Positions 41,065 through 52,035 of a stretch of 64,000 nt of DNA are shown one piece after another. The stretch is from the NCBI GenBank assembly GCA_965219415.1, contig CBDCNP010000002.1, positions 3,104,001 through 3,168,000 of the forward strand, read 5' to 3'. A model generated the notes under the pieces. That model had not been told where the DNA came from. It saw only the letters and a program-made list of their open reading frames with translations, and searched no databases. The position numbers and the translations under genes are program-made. Numbering within the stretch: position 1 is the first letter of the stretch; every line of letters begins with the position of its first letter. Origin of the DNA: Candidatus Marinacidobacterales bacterium. GTDB lineage: Bacteria; Acidobacteriota; Vicinamibacteria; Marinacidobacterales; DATDRI01.

Positions 41065-43490
41065 ATGACGGAACTAACCCGGGACCTTCGCTATGCCTTC
41101 CGACAGCTCATACACCGGCCGACCTTCGCCCTGATCGTCGTTATGACCATCGCCGTGGCCATCGGGGCCAACGCGGCGATCTTTTCGATTGCGGATGCCC
41201 TCATTCTGAGGCCGTTTCCCCTCCCGGAGATCGACCGGCTGGTGCAGCTTTGGGGAACCATCCCCCAGCAGAGCGTGGAACACGACGGAGTCTCGGCCGC
41301 CAATTTCCTGGACTGGAAAACGCAGGCGAGCTCGTTCGAGCGACTAGTGGCCCACGATTGGTGGGAGGTGAACATGACCGGTGCCGAGCAGCCGGAGCGC
41401 GTTCAAGGAACACGGGTCTCTCCGGACTTCCTGGAAACGCTCGGTATCCAGCCGTTCATGGGGCGCACCTTCCTCGCCGACGAGAAGGTTCCCGATTCGC
41501 GGACGGTCTTCTTGAGTCACCGGCTATGATCGAGCCGTTTCGCACTCGATCCCGAGATACTAGGAAAGACTCTGCTCCTGAACGGTGAACACTATGAGGT
41601 CGTCGGGATCGCTCCGCCCGGTTTCCAATACCCCTGGGGCTCCGACCTCTGGGCACCCCTCCATTTCGATCCCGAAGAGGCGGCTCGGCGGGATTGGAAT
41701 AATTTGACCGTCGTCGGCCGCATGAAAGCCGGCGTTTCGGTTCAAGACGCGCAGGGTGAGATGGACTTGATCGCGGCCAGGCTGGGGCGAGAGCACCCGG
41801 AGACGAACTCCGGTCACGGCGTTCGAGCTCAAGGCTGAATCGAGCGGTCATCGATATGGGGACTCCCGCCTTCATCGGCTTATTCCAATCCGCGGTCCTC
41901 TTCGTCCTCCTCATCGCTTGTGTGAACGTTGCCAATCTAGTGCTCGCTCGAGGGGCAGATCGGCAAAAAGAATTGTCCCTGAAGCTCGCTCTCGGGGCCA
42001 GTCGCTTCCGTATCGTCCGCCAGCTCCTCACCGAAAACTTGGTGCTTGCCTCGATCGGTGCCGTCTTGGCCTTGCCGTTGGCCTGGGTCGGGATCGAGCT
42101 CTTGCGTAATGGCCTTCCCGCCCACATCGCAAGATTCGTGACCGGTTGGGAGCGGATCGACCTCGACTGGCGGGTGATGGTCTTTACTGGAGTGGCGGCG
42201 CTCCTTACCACTCTCCTCTTCGGCTTGCTCCCTGCTCTTCAGGCGACTCGACCCGATCTAGCGGTCGCGCTCAAGGAGGGAGGACGTGGCGGCTCGGATG
42301 GCACCGATCGCCAGCGCAGCCGCAGTGCCCTCGTGATCGCCGAGGTTGCGGTTACTCTCATGCTCCTCGTCGCCTCCGGCCTCAGTATCCGCGGCACGGT
42401 TCGATTGCTGGAAGCGGATCAGGGATACCAGCCGAACGGCTTGATGACGATGTACCTGACCTTGACCGAAAAAGAGTACGACGACGACGCGCGATGTATA
42501 CAGTTCTACGAAGACGTGCTGGATGGCGTGCTAGCATTACCGAAGGTCATATCCGTCAACGCCGTAAACACGCTACCCTCTAGTGCGTTTGGTTCATCGA
42601 GAACCGTCGAGATCGAGGGTCAAGCGGTCGCTCGAAACGCCGATCACCCTTGGATCAATTTTCGCGTCATTTCACCAGGCTATTTCGAGACGATGCGCAT
42701 CCCGATCCTCGCCGGGCGGGTCTTCACCGAGCACGATCGCGAGGACGGCCTCCAGGTGGCCATGGTGAGCAAGTCCATGGCGGAGCGCTTTTGGCCCAAC
42801 GCCGATCCCATCGGCAAGCGATTTCGTAACACGAGCTCGGAAGATGCACCGTGGCTGACCGTCGGCGGCGTCGCGGGTCAGGTGACGCACAACTGGTTTA
42901 TGGGGTCGGAGGTGTCGACATTCTACCGACCGCTCGCGCAGAAGCCCCACCGGCGCATGGCGCTGGTCATTCGCACCCAAGGTGAGCCGACCACGATCAC
43001 GCCCGCGGTTCGAACCGTGCTCTCCAAAGTCGATCCTCACCAGCCGATCTATGAAGTCCGCACCATGAAGCGTGTCATCTCCGAGCGTATGATCGGGTTG
43101 AAGTACCTCGCGGTGGTGATGAGCATTTTCGGAGTCCTTGCACTCGTGCTCTCGGCGGTAGGCATCTACGGCTTGATGGCCTACTCGGTCAGCCGCCGCA
43201 CGCATGAGATCGGAATCCGTGTTGCGCTCGGAGCCGGCCGCCGCGATGTGCTCGGTCTCATCGTCCGAAAGGCCGTCAAGATCACACTCCTCGGCGTTGC
43301 CATCGGCCTGCCGCTCGCGTTTGGAGCGGGCCAGGCGATGGTCGCGTCGCTCTTCGGCGTGGTATCCATGGATCCGATGACCTTCGTCGCCTTCGCGCTG
43401 GGCTTGACCGCGATCTCGCTGCTCGCAGGCTACGTACCGGCGCGACGGGCGCTGGAGGTCGATCCCGCCCAGGCGTTACGCGTGGAGTGA
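41065..43490 (+). pseudogene. ADOP duplicated orphan permease with in-frame TGA (41527-41529) and frameshift near 41835
   Basis: Full two-repeat architecture: LLIACVNVANL, SAVGIYGLMAYSVSRRTHEIGIRVALGA and PARRA..VDP.ALR.E. Confidence 0.88.
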
Positions 43491-43618
43491 CAACCAGCGT
43501 CTGAGTTTCCCCTCAAGACGTAGGAGTTTCCCTCCACTATCGCCCGTACTCCCCGACCGTCATTTGGCTAAATGGCTGTCATTGCAGGCGATCTAGCTTG
43601 CGGCCCGAGGGTCATAAC

Positions 43619-43633
43619 TGGCGCGATAGTTGC
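43619..43633 (+). promoter_or_regulatory. Putative sigma-54 (-24/-12) promoter
   Basis: TGGCGC-GATAG-TTGC matches the TGGCAC-N5-TTGC consensus. It is followed by RBS AAAGGAGA and ATG 43664. Confidence 0.6.
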
Positions 43634-43693
43634 CATAGGGATTGAGTGGCTTAAAGGAGAGAAATGAGCTTGAAAGTCAAAGAGCGGTGACGC

Positions 43694-45544
43694 TCAGAAA
43701 CCCATGGCCGAGGTCTCGCGCCGCACGTCGCCGGCGGCAATGAGAACTCCGGTCTCGGGATCCCGATAGGTGATCGTAGGAGAGCAGGCCTGCCAGTTCC
43801 ACCGGCCCCACGACTGCACGTCGTGTCCGCGCCTTCTCAATACCTCAACCGTGTACTCCGGGATTCGACTCTCGAGCTTCAAGACGCCTGGATTCTCGTT
43901 CTGGTCGCTCCCGGTCGATGGGAAGTTGTAGCTTCCGAAGCGGGGTTGGTCGAGGGCCTGCTCGGGCGACAATCCCCAGACCACGACATTCAAGAACACT
44001 TGCAGGAGTGACTGCGCCTGTTGATCGCCGCCGGGCGTGGAAAGCCCCATGAAGGGCTTTCCGTCCTTCATTATTAGGAAGGGGGTATTGGTGTTGCGGG
44101 GCCGTTTTCCCGGTGCGACGACGTTGGCGAGCGCGGGATCGAGATCGAATTGGCCCATGCGGTTGCTGAGCCCAAAGCCCCAACCAGGAACCATAGGGGT
44201 CATCATGTGGCCGTCGCTCTCGGTCATGGAGAAGACGTTCCCCTCGCCATCCATCACGTTCAGGGAAGAGGTGTCGAGAACCAGCGTCGATTCGCCGGCT
44301 ACTCCCGCGAAGCTCCGTGCCGAATCGGTCGCCCGGCCCTCCATCGATTCGGGATCGCCCCATGGGGGCATGTCCTTGAAAGCCTTTCCCATGTCGATGA
44401 GCCTTGCCCGCTCCCGCCCGTAGGCCTTCGAGTAGAGGGCGGTGGGTGTGTCGTTGACGTCAGGGTCCCCCACGTACTTGTAGCTATCGGCCATCGCCAG
44501 GTTAATGACTTGAGAAAGCACATGAATATAGTCGGCGGAGTTGTAACCTAGGGATTCGAGATCGAAGCCCTCGAGCATGTTCAGCATCAAGATGAGCCGC
44601 GGTCCCTGAGACCAGCCGTCGCAGGCGTACACGTCGTAGCCCATGAACGTCGTGTGGAGAGGAGCCATCCACTTTCCTTCGTATCCGGCGAGATCCTGGT
44701 AAGTCAAAATGCCGTCGTTCTCGGCGTAAAACTTCGCTGCGGCGCGCGCCGCGTCACCTTTATAGAAAGCATCTCTCGCCGCACGAATCCCGGTTGACCG
44801 ATCTCCTCCTCGGGCAAGCACTTTCTTTTCGGCCTCGATCATCAATCTCATGACGCGGCCGAGGTCGCGGTTCACCATCAGATCGCCTAAACGCTCGTTG
44901 CCGACGCCACGCGGAAACCAAAACTTCACGTTGTAAGGGTATTTGAGGAGATCTTCCCCCATCCACGTGAGCATCCATTTCTGCATCTTGTAGAGGTGGT
45001 ACCCCTCCTCGGCGATCTTGAGCGCGGGCTCGACCGCCTCGGTAAAGCTGATCGTTCCAAACCGGTCGAGTGCCGCGAGCCAGACATCGACGTCGGCCGG
45101 TATGAGTGCGGTATTGAAATTGTTTTTCCCGACCTCCTGGAAGTACTCGAGCGTTGCCTTCGCCGGGGCGGTGCCGGCCCCCACGCGCGTGATCACCGCG
45201 TCCTCGGAGGCGGTGTAGATAACGAGAGGCGCGACCCCGTTCCATCCAGCGAAACCCATCTTGGTGACCTTGAGAGCCATCGCCGCGGTCACGCCAGCAT
45301 CGAAGGCGTTCCCGCCGCTTCGAAGTGCTTCGATACCGGCCAGCGTCGCCAAGTGGTGTCCAGTGGCAAGAACACCGTGGCTCCCCATGATCCGGGGTCG
45401 CATCGACTCGAAGTTATTTCCATCGTAGACGTGCCCATAGCTGGCGAAAGGCGATACGCGATCCATGGCGGTGGGGTCATTCGATTGAGAAGCGAGGAGC
45501 GATGTGACTCCAAGGAAGACAAAGACCGGCAGAATTCGTTTCAT
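43694..45544 (-). CDS. ggt: Gamma-glutamyltransferase family protein (secreted)
   Basis: GGNAFDAGV, DTSSLNVMD (Thr nucleophile), PGKRPR and TPGGDQQ.Q. Confidence 0.88.
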   Translation of the reverse strand: MKRILPVFVFLGVTSLLASQSNDPTAMDRVSPFASYGHVYDGNNFESMRPRIMGSHGVLATGHHLATLAGIEALRSGGNAFDAGVTAAMALKVTKMGFAGWNGVAPLVIYTASEDAVITRVGAGTAPAKATLEYFQEVGKNNFNTALIPADVDVWLAALDRFGTISFTEAVEPALKIAEEGYHLYKMQKWMLTWMGEDLLKYPYNVKFWFPRGVGNERLGDLMVNRDLGRVMRLMIEAEKKVLARGGDRSTGIRAARDAFYKGDAARAAAKFYAENDGILTYQDLAGYEGKWMAPLHTTFMGYDVYACDGWSQGPRLILMLNMLEGFDLESLGYNSADYIHVLSQVINLAMADSYKYVGDPDVNDTPTALYSKAYGRERARLIDMGKAFKDMPPWGDPESMEGRATDSARSFAGVAGESTLVLDTSSLNVMDGEGNVFSMTESDGHMMTPMVPGWGFGLSNRMGQFDLDPALANVVAPGKRPRNTNTPFLIMKDGKPFMGLSTPGGDQQAQSLLQVFLNVVVWGLSPEQALDQPRFGSYNFPSTGSDQNENPGVLKLESRIPEYTVEVLRRRGHDVQSWGRWNWQACSPTITYRDPETGVLIAAGDVRRETSAMGF

Positions 45545-45556
45545 GTTTTTCTCCGC

Positions 45557-45895
45557 TTAGGAACCCAGGCTGAACTTCTGGCGAAACCGCATCTGCACAC
45601 GAACCTTGACGCCGTCTTTTTCCGCCGGCTCGTATCGCCAATCGGTAATGGCATCGAGTACGGCTTTGTCGAGAACCGGACTCGCAGACTCGACGATGCG
45701 GATGTCGATGGGGATTCCCTCCTCGGTCACGATGAACTCGGCCACGACGCGACCCTGCTGTCTCATCTTGCGCGCCACCGGCGGGTACGAAGGAGGACGA
45801 CCGGAGACTCTCTTCGGGGCCTTGTCGTCTGGCCCGAGCGTGACGAGCTGTCCTTTGGTCGGCGGCGTCACGGCTTCCGGGGCTTGGTTCGCTTG
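45557..45895 (-). pseudogene. TonB C-terminal domain (N-terminus missing)
   Basis: PSYPPVARKMRQQGRVVAEFIV...G, LDKAVLDAI.DWRYEPA..DG..V. Confidence 0.75.
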
Positions 45896-46010
45896 AGTGA
45901 AAAGGTGGTTGGTGGCCCTAGGCTCACCCCCGGCACGTCGGAAAGAATACACCCGCTGCCCCGGACGTTGCAAGCACCGCACGTGGTATGGTCGGCCCGG
46001 AGAGTCGAAA

Positions 46011-47522
46011 ATGAAAAAAACCGCGTGTACAGGAGGAATCTCGTCCGTCCTGCTTCTTGTTCTTGCCACCGGGTTGACCGCTGACCGAGTCCGAGCACAG
46101 GAGCTACCGGACCTTCAAGGACCTCCTTACAGACCGACGAGGCCAATCGCCATCATCGGAGGGCTTTTCATCGATGGCACCGGCCGAACCCCGCAGCACG
46201 ATCAGGCTGTTCTCATTGCGGGCGAACGGATCGATTGGGTTGGCCCCATGGAAGACATCCAGATTCCGGAAGGTGCCGAAGTCATCGATTCGAAAGGCAT
46301 GACCATCATGCCCGGCCTCATCAATGGCAACGCCTATATCCAGCTACGAGCCATATACCCGGCCCCGGCCGCAGACCTCACCCTCGAGGAGTTCCAGGCT
46401 CGTTGGGAGGAGACCTGGTCCACGTGGAAGAAGCGGGCCTTCACCTGGCTGATGCGAGGTGTGACCGGTATCCGGAATACCAGCGGCCCTCTAAGTAAGG
46501 TGCGCGCGTGGAAGCACGCCATCGAGAGGGGAGAGGTCGCGGGGCCTCGCGTCTATTTGGGAGGGACCCTCATATTCAGCGAGCCCCACTTCAAGTTCTG
46601 GACACGAAACACTCCCGACCCAGCCGCCGTCGAATGGATGCGGAACGATTTCGCCTTCACCGTGGTGAGTGACGTGGACAAAGACACCGCCACGCTCGTG
46701 GCAGACGATATCGATTACTGGAAGTTCTACTTCTCGAACGAAACCTGGGACGGCAAGAACGATTTCTCGGACGAAGAAGTGAAGTCAATCATCGATAAAG
46801 CCCACAAGAACGGGATTCGCATCGATGCTCACACTGGCGTTCACATGCGCCGAGCTGTGGAACTGGGTGTCGACACGGTACAACATCCTTTCTCGAGCCG
46901 AGAGCTGGTGGAGTGGGACATTATCCAAAACTTTGCCGACAAGGGTGTTTTCGCTTCGACCTGTCTTGCCAACGCCTTGGTTCGGGCCGGGATGACGGCC
47001 GACCCTCATCGGTTGAACGAGACCCTCTATTCAACGTCCCTCACCGCCGACGAGTATCGAACCCTCATTCGCTACCGTGACCGGATGATTTGGAACAAGA
47101 ATCATCCCGACGAGCCGATGCTACTCATCGGTGATCCCCAGCCCTTTGCCAGTCGCGGCCGGCGCACGTTTCGTGAACAGCAGGCGGGCGTGCGGATAGC
47201 CAAGGAGAACATGCGACGTTTCATCAAGGCAGGAGTGAAGTTTTTCATGGCCACCGACACCGGCGCGTTCCTGAACTTTCAGCAGGACAACCCCGACGTC
47301 AACGAGATGCGATCGATGGTGGAGCTCGGCATGACACCGATGCAGGCGATCCTTTCGGCAACGCGCAACGGCGCCGAAGCGCTGGGCGTACTCGGCGAGG
47401 TGGGGACGCTCGAAGAAGGGAAGCTCGCCGACGTCATCGTGGTGCCCGGCAACCCGCTTCTCGACATGAACGTCATGAAGCGGGTTTACGTGACGATTAA
47501 GGGTGGAGTTCGGTACAAGTGA
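46011..47522 (+). CDS. Secreted amidohydrolase-family protein lacking the HxH motif
   Basis: Signal peptide; G.TIMPGLINGNAY, GVTGIRN, DAHT, ATDTG, GMTPMQAI.SAT and GKLADVIVV. Confidence 0.8.
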   Translation: MKKTACTGGISSVLLLVLATGLTADRVRAQELPDLQGPPYRPTRPIAIIGGLFIDGTGRTPQHDQAVLIAGERIDWVGPMEDIQIPEGAEVIDSKGMTIMPGLINGNAYIQLRAIYPAPAADLTLEEFQARWEETWSTWKKRAFTWLMRGVTGIRNTSGPLSKVRAWKHAIERGEVAGPRVYLGGTLIFSEPHFKFWTRNTPDPAAVEWMRNDFAFTVVSDVDKDTATLVADDIDYWKFYFSNETWDGKNDFSDEEVKSIIDKAHKNGIRIDAHTGVHMRRAVELGVDTVQHPFSSRELVEWDIIQNFADKGVFASTCLANALVRAGMTADPHRLNETLYSTSLTADEYRTLIRYRDRMIWNKNHPDEPMLLIGDPQPFASRGRRTFREQQAGVRIAKENMRRFIKAGVKFFMATDTGAFLNFQQDNPDVNEMRSMVELGMTPMQAILSATRNGAEALGVLGEVGTLEEGKLADVIVVPGNPLLDMNVMKRVYVTIKGGVRYK

Positions 47523-47526
47523 GGAC

Positions 47527-48272
47527 CTAGTGCACAGGCCCCAAGTAGCGATCGAGCCAGTCGAGAGTCTCGCGGATCATCGCGTCTCGCGGAACGAAGT
47601 GTCGGGCCTCATAGAGCGCGTGTCGCTTGTGCTCGGTGGGGGGCCCGAGAGTAACTCGAACAAGGGCTTCTGAGACGTCTCGAGAGGATGCCAGGGGTCA
47701 TACCGGCCATTCAACATCAATACCGGTGCGGTCACGCGCGGAGGGAAATTGATCTGATCGACCATGGGAAGCGCTCGCTCGAACAGGAATCCCCCGCCGT
47801 AGAGCACGCCGGCCTTGATGCGGTCCTCGAGCGCCATCATCGTTGGACCCTTGAGCGCCCCCACGCTGAATCCGTAGTAGGCGACTCTATCGTCGGTATC
47901 AGCGCGTGTCTCGAGATAGTCGATCGAGCGCATCAGATCCTGGACGTTATGAATGACCCATTCTTTGTGGGCGTTCGATTCGTCGACCACATGGCCGAGG
48001 CCGTCCCCGCGCTCAAAGCTACCCGTATAGATGGGGTACATGAGTACTCGGCCACTCCTGATGATGAAATCCCAGAGCTCTCTCCACGATTGAGGCCTCG
48101 CGTCGAAAGAACGCTGCATGAACGCATAGGCCCCGGGGTAAAAAACGACCGTCTGATATGGGGGCTTCACGCTCTGCGGTAGATAGAGGTAGGCAGTCAT
48201 CCGCTCCTCCCCATAGGCGGTATCGAAGGAGACCCTTTGTCTTACCCAATCCCTCTCGTCTTCCTCTTCAAC
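47527..48272 (-). pseudogene. Alpha/beta-hydrolase (dienelactone hydrolase-like) C-terminal domain fragment
   Basis: AYLYLP...PPYQTVVFYPG, GFSVG and LNGRYD. Ends ...DWLDRYLGPVH after a frameshift near 47640. Confidence 0.7.
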
Positions 48273-49769
48273 GGTGAGCGCTCCGACCGGACCGAGGAGC
48301 TCCCAAAGAAACTCCATTCCAGTTGGAATAACACGGCCTTCAGCGTCGGTGCCCCGAGCCCGCACGCGTTTCGTCGCACGACACTCCATCAGAACCCGGG
48401 ACGGGGTGACGCGAACGGATGCCAGGGGACCGGGAGGGAAGAGCTCGGCTACCGGCGTCGAGCTCTCGCCGGCCAATGGCTCGTCAGCGGCCAATCCAGG
48501 CGGTGCCTCGGTTCCTGCTTGGTCTGCCTTTTCGTCGCCCGCGGTTCCTGGTCCGCGTTCTTCATCTTGTTGCGATCGAACCGGAAGCATGGTGTAGCGA
48601 GGCCGCTGGCGGTAGAAGTCTCGAAATGCGCGCTGTAGATCTCGGATCAGTTGTCGATCGAGCTGTTCGGCCCGCTCCCTCTCCCTTGCTTCGAGTAGCT
48701 CCGTGAGTCGGGACTCGACCTCGACCAGTACCTTGGCGAACGCGCCCGCCGCTTCGTCGGGCACGACGCCGCGCCGGCTGCCGGGGGCCACGCGAAGCGC
48801 GGGAAAGTCCACGAGCCCCGTCAAGCGACTGTCCGTCCAAGGAGCGTGATCGAGTCCAAGCGGTGCAAGCTCGTCGAACCCCTCCGCGACCAAAGTGCCG
48901 GCTGTGTACAGAGCGACTCCTCGCGGCTCGGGGCCGTTCTTTTCCTCTACTGTGAGATAGATCTCCATCTGGATGGGAGGATAGTCCTCTACCGGCAGCG
49001 GTCCGAGTCCCGCCAGACGTTCGCCGAGGAAGCGAGGTGGTTTCATGTTGATGGACTTTCGAGCCCGACCGCGAGCCATCCGATCGTCCACGACCAGATC
49101 GACGCCTCGCTCCAGTAGCTGCCCGCGCAGTTCGGAAGCCAAGTAGTCCGCGGCCCGCCGAGCGACCAAGCTGCTCATCGCCTCTCGGTGAAGCCCTACC
49201 ACCACCACTTCTGTCGAGCGCTCCTCGAAAGCCAATTTGTCCCTCAGCGGTTCAATGACGTACTGGGGCCGGTCCCGATACAGGATCAAGCGACGGGGTT
49301 TGTGACCGCGCAAGGAACTGCGTATCTCGAGCATCTCGCCCAAGCTCCAAAACCCGAGTAGTCCGATGCCATACTGCCCCTGGGTCATGAGCTCGAGTCG
49401 TTGCTGCGGAGACAGGGATTGCTTTCGACTGTGGCCGATGTGGGTGGCGATGTAACGCAGGGCATCGGGACGGTCCATCTCGGGGATAACGCCCTCGCCG
49501 TCGTCGAGAATCTTGAGACAAGGCACGCCCTTCTCCCGCAGGCGCGTGACATGAACCGAGCGGGCCCCGGCGTCCAGGCTATTTTGGACGAGCTCGGCGA
49601 GCGCCTTTCTGGGATCGGGTTGGCTGAGCGCTAGCCAGCGGATGAGCCCAAAGGGGTCGTGGACTCGGAGGCGTCCCTTCTCGACGTCTCGTCCAGTCTT
49701 GGCGCGACGTCTACTACGTCGCCGTGCAGATGATTTCGAAAGGCCTTCGGAAGAACTTGACACGCGCAA
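48273..49769 (-). CDS. GHKL (Hsp90/MORC-like HATPase_c) ATPase, truncated at a junction
   Basis: Bergerat-fold motifs ELVQNSLDA, DDGEG, GHSRK and GQYGIG. Confidence 0.7.
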
Positions 49770-49850
49770 ACATTAACACATGCTAGTCGGAACGCTGGGG
49801 GTGTGAACTCCGTCGGGACAGGGAGGGGGGGCCGTCTCATCTGGTGTACA

Positions 49851-49878
49851 TTGTAATACACTATAGAATGTGTATAAT
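49851..49878 (+). promoter_or_regulatory. Sigma-70 promoter with overlapping inverted-repeat operator for vapBC
   Basis: TTGTAA-N16-TATAAT, with the inverted repeat ATACAC-N8-GTGTAT at 49856-49875. Confidence 0.6.
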
Positions 49879-49897
49879 GGAGGTAACGGTGGTGAGC

Positions 49898-50104
49898 ATG
49901 CGCACCAACATCGAGCTCGACGACGATCTGATCGAGGAGGCCCGGCGGCTGACCGGCATCAAGACCAAGCGGGAGCTCGTCCAGGAAGCGCTCATAACGC
50001 TCATCGAACATCGAAAGCGTAAGAACCTGCTCGATCTCGCGGGCAAGATCGAGTTCGCACCCGGGTATGACTACCAGGCCCTTCGTCGCGAGAGGAAGAG
50101 ATGA
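49898..50104 (+). CDS. vapB: VapB-family antitoxin
   Basis: MRTNIELDDDLIEEARRLTGIKTKRELVQEAL; overlaps the vapC start (ATGA). Confidence 0.9.
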   Translation: MRTNIELDDDLIEEARRLTGIKTKRELVQEALITLIEHRKRKNLLDLAGKIEFAPGYDYQALRRERKR

Positions 50105-50502
50105 TCGTCGTGGACTCGTCCGTTCTCGTGGACTTCTTTCGCGGACGGCCAACCGCGGCGGTGAAACGGCTCCATCAAGTGGAGAAAGACGACATCCCTT
50201 TTTACCTGCCCGTGATCTGTTGCCAAGAGCTGTTGCAGGGCGCCAAAGACATGCGGGAGTGGAAACTTCTTGAAACTTACCTTGGTAGCCAGCGAATGCT
50301 AGCTCCGGGCGATCCCTGGACGACTCATCGCGGGGCGGCGCGCATCTTTTTCGACTGTCGTCGGAAAGGGATAACCGTACGAAGCTCTATCGATTGTCTT
50401 ATCGCGCAGCTGGCGCTCGAGCATGACGCTACGCTGCTTCACGATGATGACGACTTCGAGCGGATCCGAAAGGTGAGGCGGTTGAGGACGCAGCGGAATT
50501 AG
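50101..50502 (+). CDS. vapC: VapC PIN-domain toxin
   Basis: MIVVDSSVLVDFFRG, QELLQG, SIDCLIA and LLHDD.DF. Confidence 0.92.
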   Translation: MIVVDSSVLVDFFRGRPTAAVKRLHQVEKDDIPFYLPVICCQELLQGAKDMREWKLLETYLGSQRMLAPGDPWTTHRGAARIFFDCRRKGITVRSSIDCLIAQLALEHDATLLHDDDDFERIRKVRRLRTQRN

Positions 50503-50515
50503 TCGCACTTTCACT

Positions 50516-52033
50516 TCAGATCGGCGGCGGCTGCCACCCTCCCAACTCCTTCTCCAAGAACTGGGCCGTGGCCAGCACCGTGTCCTCCCGCCAGGGACGG
50601 CCGACAACTTGGACTCCGATGGGCAAGCCCTCAGGTGAAGTCCCGGCGCGAACCACCGCGGCGGGCCAACCGGTGATGTTGAATACCGAGGTATAGGTAT
50701 CCGGCACGAAACCGTCGACCGAGAGGGACCGCGCCACCATTTCATCCAACGCGCCGTGAAGGAACGCGGGGAATGGAGCGACCGGGCAGACGATCAGGTC
50801 GTAGTGCTCCATGAATCGCAACATCTCGCCTCGAAACTTCTGGCGTGCGATGAGCTTTTCGCCGGCTTCGCGAAGCGATAATGTGGAATTCCGTCCGCCC
50901 TCGACCTGTAACTGGATCGGCGGCGAGAGTCGTTCGGTGCCCGCCTTTTCGATCGAGCGGGCTAGCGACGCCCCTCCGTCCGAGTACCCGCTCAGGTCAC
51001 GCAATCGGTCGAGCGCTTCCGGACGTCGCTCCTCGACTTTCACGCCCTTCCCCGACAGGGATTCGACGGCGCGCGTGACTGCCACTTTGGTCGCAGGCGT
51101 AGGGGGGAAAGAGGACAGCACACCATCTTCTTGGTAATAAGCCGCGCGCAATTGTCGTAAATCGATCGCCGCCGGGTCGGGGAGCGGCACGGGGATCACG
51201 TCGGGATCTTGCCCATCCGCACCCGAGATGATGGGCAACGCGAGGATCAAGTCTTCGACGTATCTGGCAATGGGCCCAATGGTGGTTTCGTACGAGGCCA
51301 GCCCCGCATCGAACGAGATAAAGTGTCCGGTCCGGGGTACCCGTCCGTTGGTAGGTTTCAGTCCCGCGATGCCGCAGAAATGAGACGGCCATCGAATGCT
51401 ACCGCCGGTGTCGCTCCCCAGATCTAACGGTGAACCGGCAGCCGCCACGATCGCTGCCGCGCCCCCACTACTTCCACCGGGGCTACGAGAAAGGTCGTAG
51501 GGATTGCTGGTCTTCCCGTACACCAGGTTGTCGGTTTCACCCCAGTGAGTAAACTCGGGAGTGTTTGTCTTCCCCAACAGGATGGCTCCCGCGTCCCTCA
51601 TGCGCGCCACTACCGTGGCGTCGGACGGCGGGACATAGTTTCTTCTTCCCGAGGTGCCTGCGGTACTGATCACTCCGGTGGTGTCTAGCGAATCCTTCAG
51701 CGTCATCGGCACGCCGTGCAGCGGACCCCTTATCTCTCCACGCGCCAAATCGGCGTCCGCTCGTCGCGCTTCATCGAGAGCTCGGTCAGGCACGAGCTGT
51801 ACGACCGCGTTCAGCTTGGTGTTGACCTCTTCAATGCGATCCAGGTATGCCCGGACAACCTCCACCGAAGAGACTTGTTTCGTTCTGATCGCGTTGGCCA
51901 ACGACGAGGCGGAGGAATGGATCAGGGGGTCACGAAGGGAAACCGGAGACCAGGCCGAGGCCAGAGGCAAGACCGCGGCGCTTCCGAGGAGAGAGAGCAT
52001 CTCTCGCCGGGAGAGAGTGTTTTTTTCGAACAA
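50516..52033 (-). CDS. Amidase-signature enzyme with a Tat-like signal
   Basis: SRREML; GPLHGVP..LKD, GKTNTPE, GGSSGG and GSDTGGSIR. Confidence 0.9.
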   Translation of the reverse strand: MFEKNTLSRREMLSLLGSAAVLPLASAWSPVSLRDPLIHSSASSLANAIRTKQVSSVEVVRAYLDRIEEVNTKLNAVVQLVPDRALDEARRADADLARGEIRGPLHGVPMTLKDSLDTTGVISTAGTSGRRNYVPPSDATVVARMRDAGAILLGKTNTPEFTHWGETDNLVYGKTSNPYDLSRSPGGSSGGAAAIVAAAGSPLDLGSDTGGSIRWPSHFCGIAGLKPTNGRVPRTGHFISFDAGLASYETTIGPIARYVEDLILALPIISGADGQDPDVIPVPLPDPAAIDLRQLRAAYYQEDGVLSSFPPTPATKVAVTRAVESLSGKGVKVEERRPEALDRLRDLSGYSDGGASLARSIEKAGTERLSPPIQLQVEGGRNSTLSLREAGEKLIARQKFRGEMLRFMEHYDLIVCPVAPFPAFLHGALDEMVARSLSVDGFVPDTYTSVFNITGWPAAVVRAGTSPEGLPIGVQVVGRPWREDTVLATAQFLEKELGGWQPPPI

Positions 52034-52035
52034 GT

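Noticed and set aside
41527-41529. In-frame TGA in the ADOP permease as a third Sec codon or as UGA=Trp recoding
   Set aside because: It sits at the conserved Trp of 'S..LW..RF' (TGG to TGA), there is no redox motif, and many genes here terminate at TGA. It is most likely a nonsense mutation or sequencing error.
47577-49769. 730-aa GHKL ATPase-hydrolase fusion as a novel protein
   Set aside because: The hydrolase part resembles the C-terminal module of a different multidomain family and starts abruptly near 48273. It is best explained as a junction.
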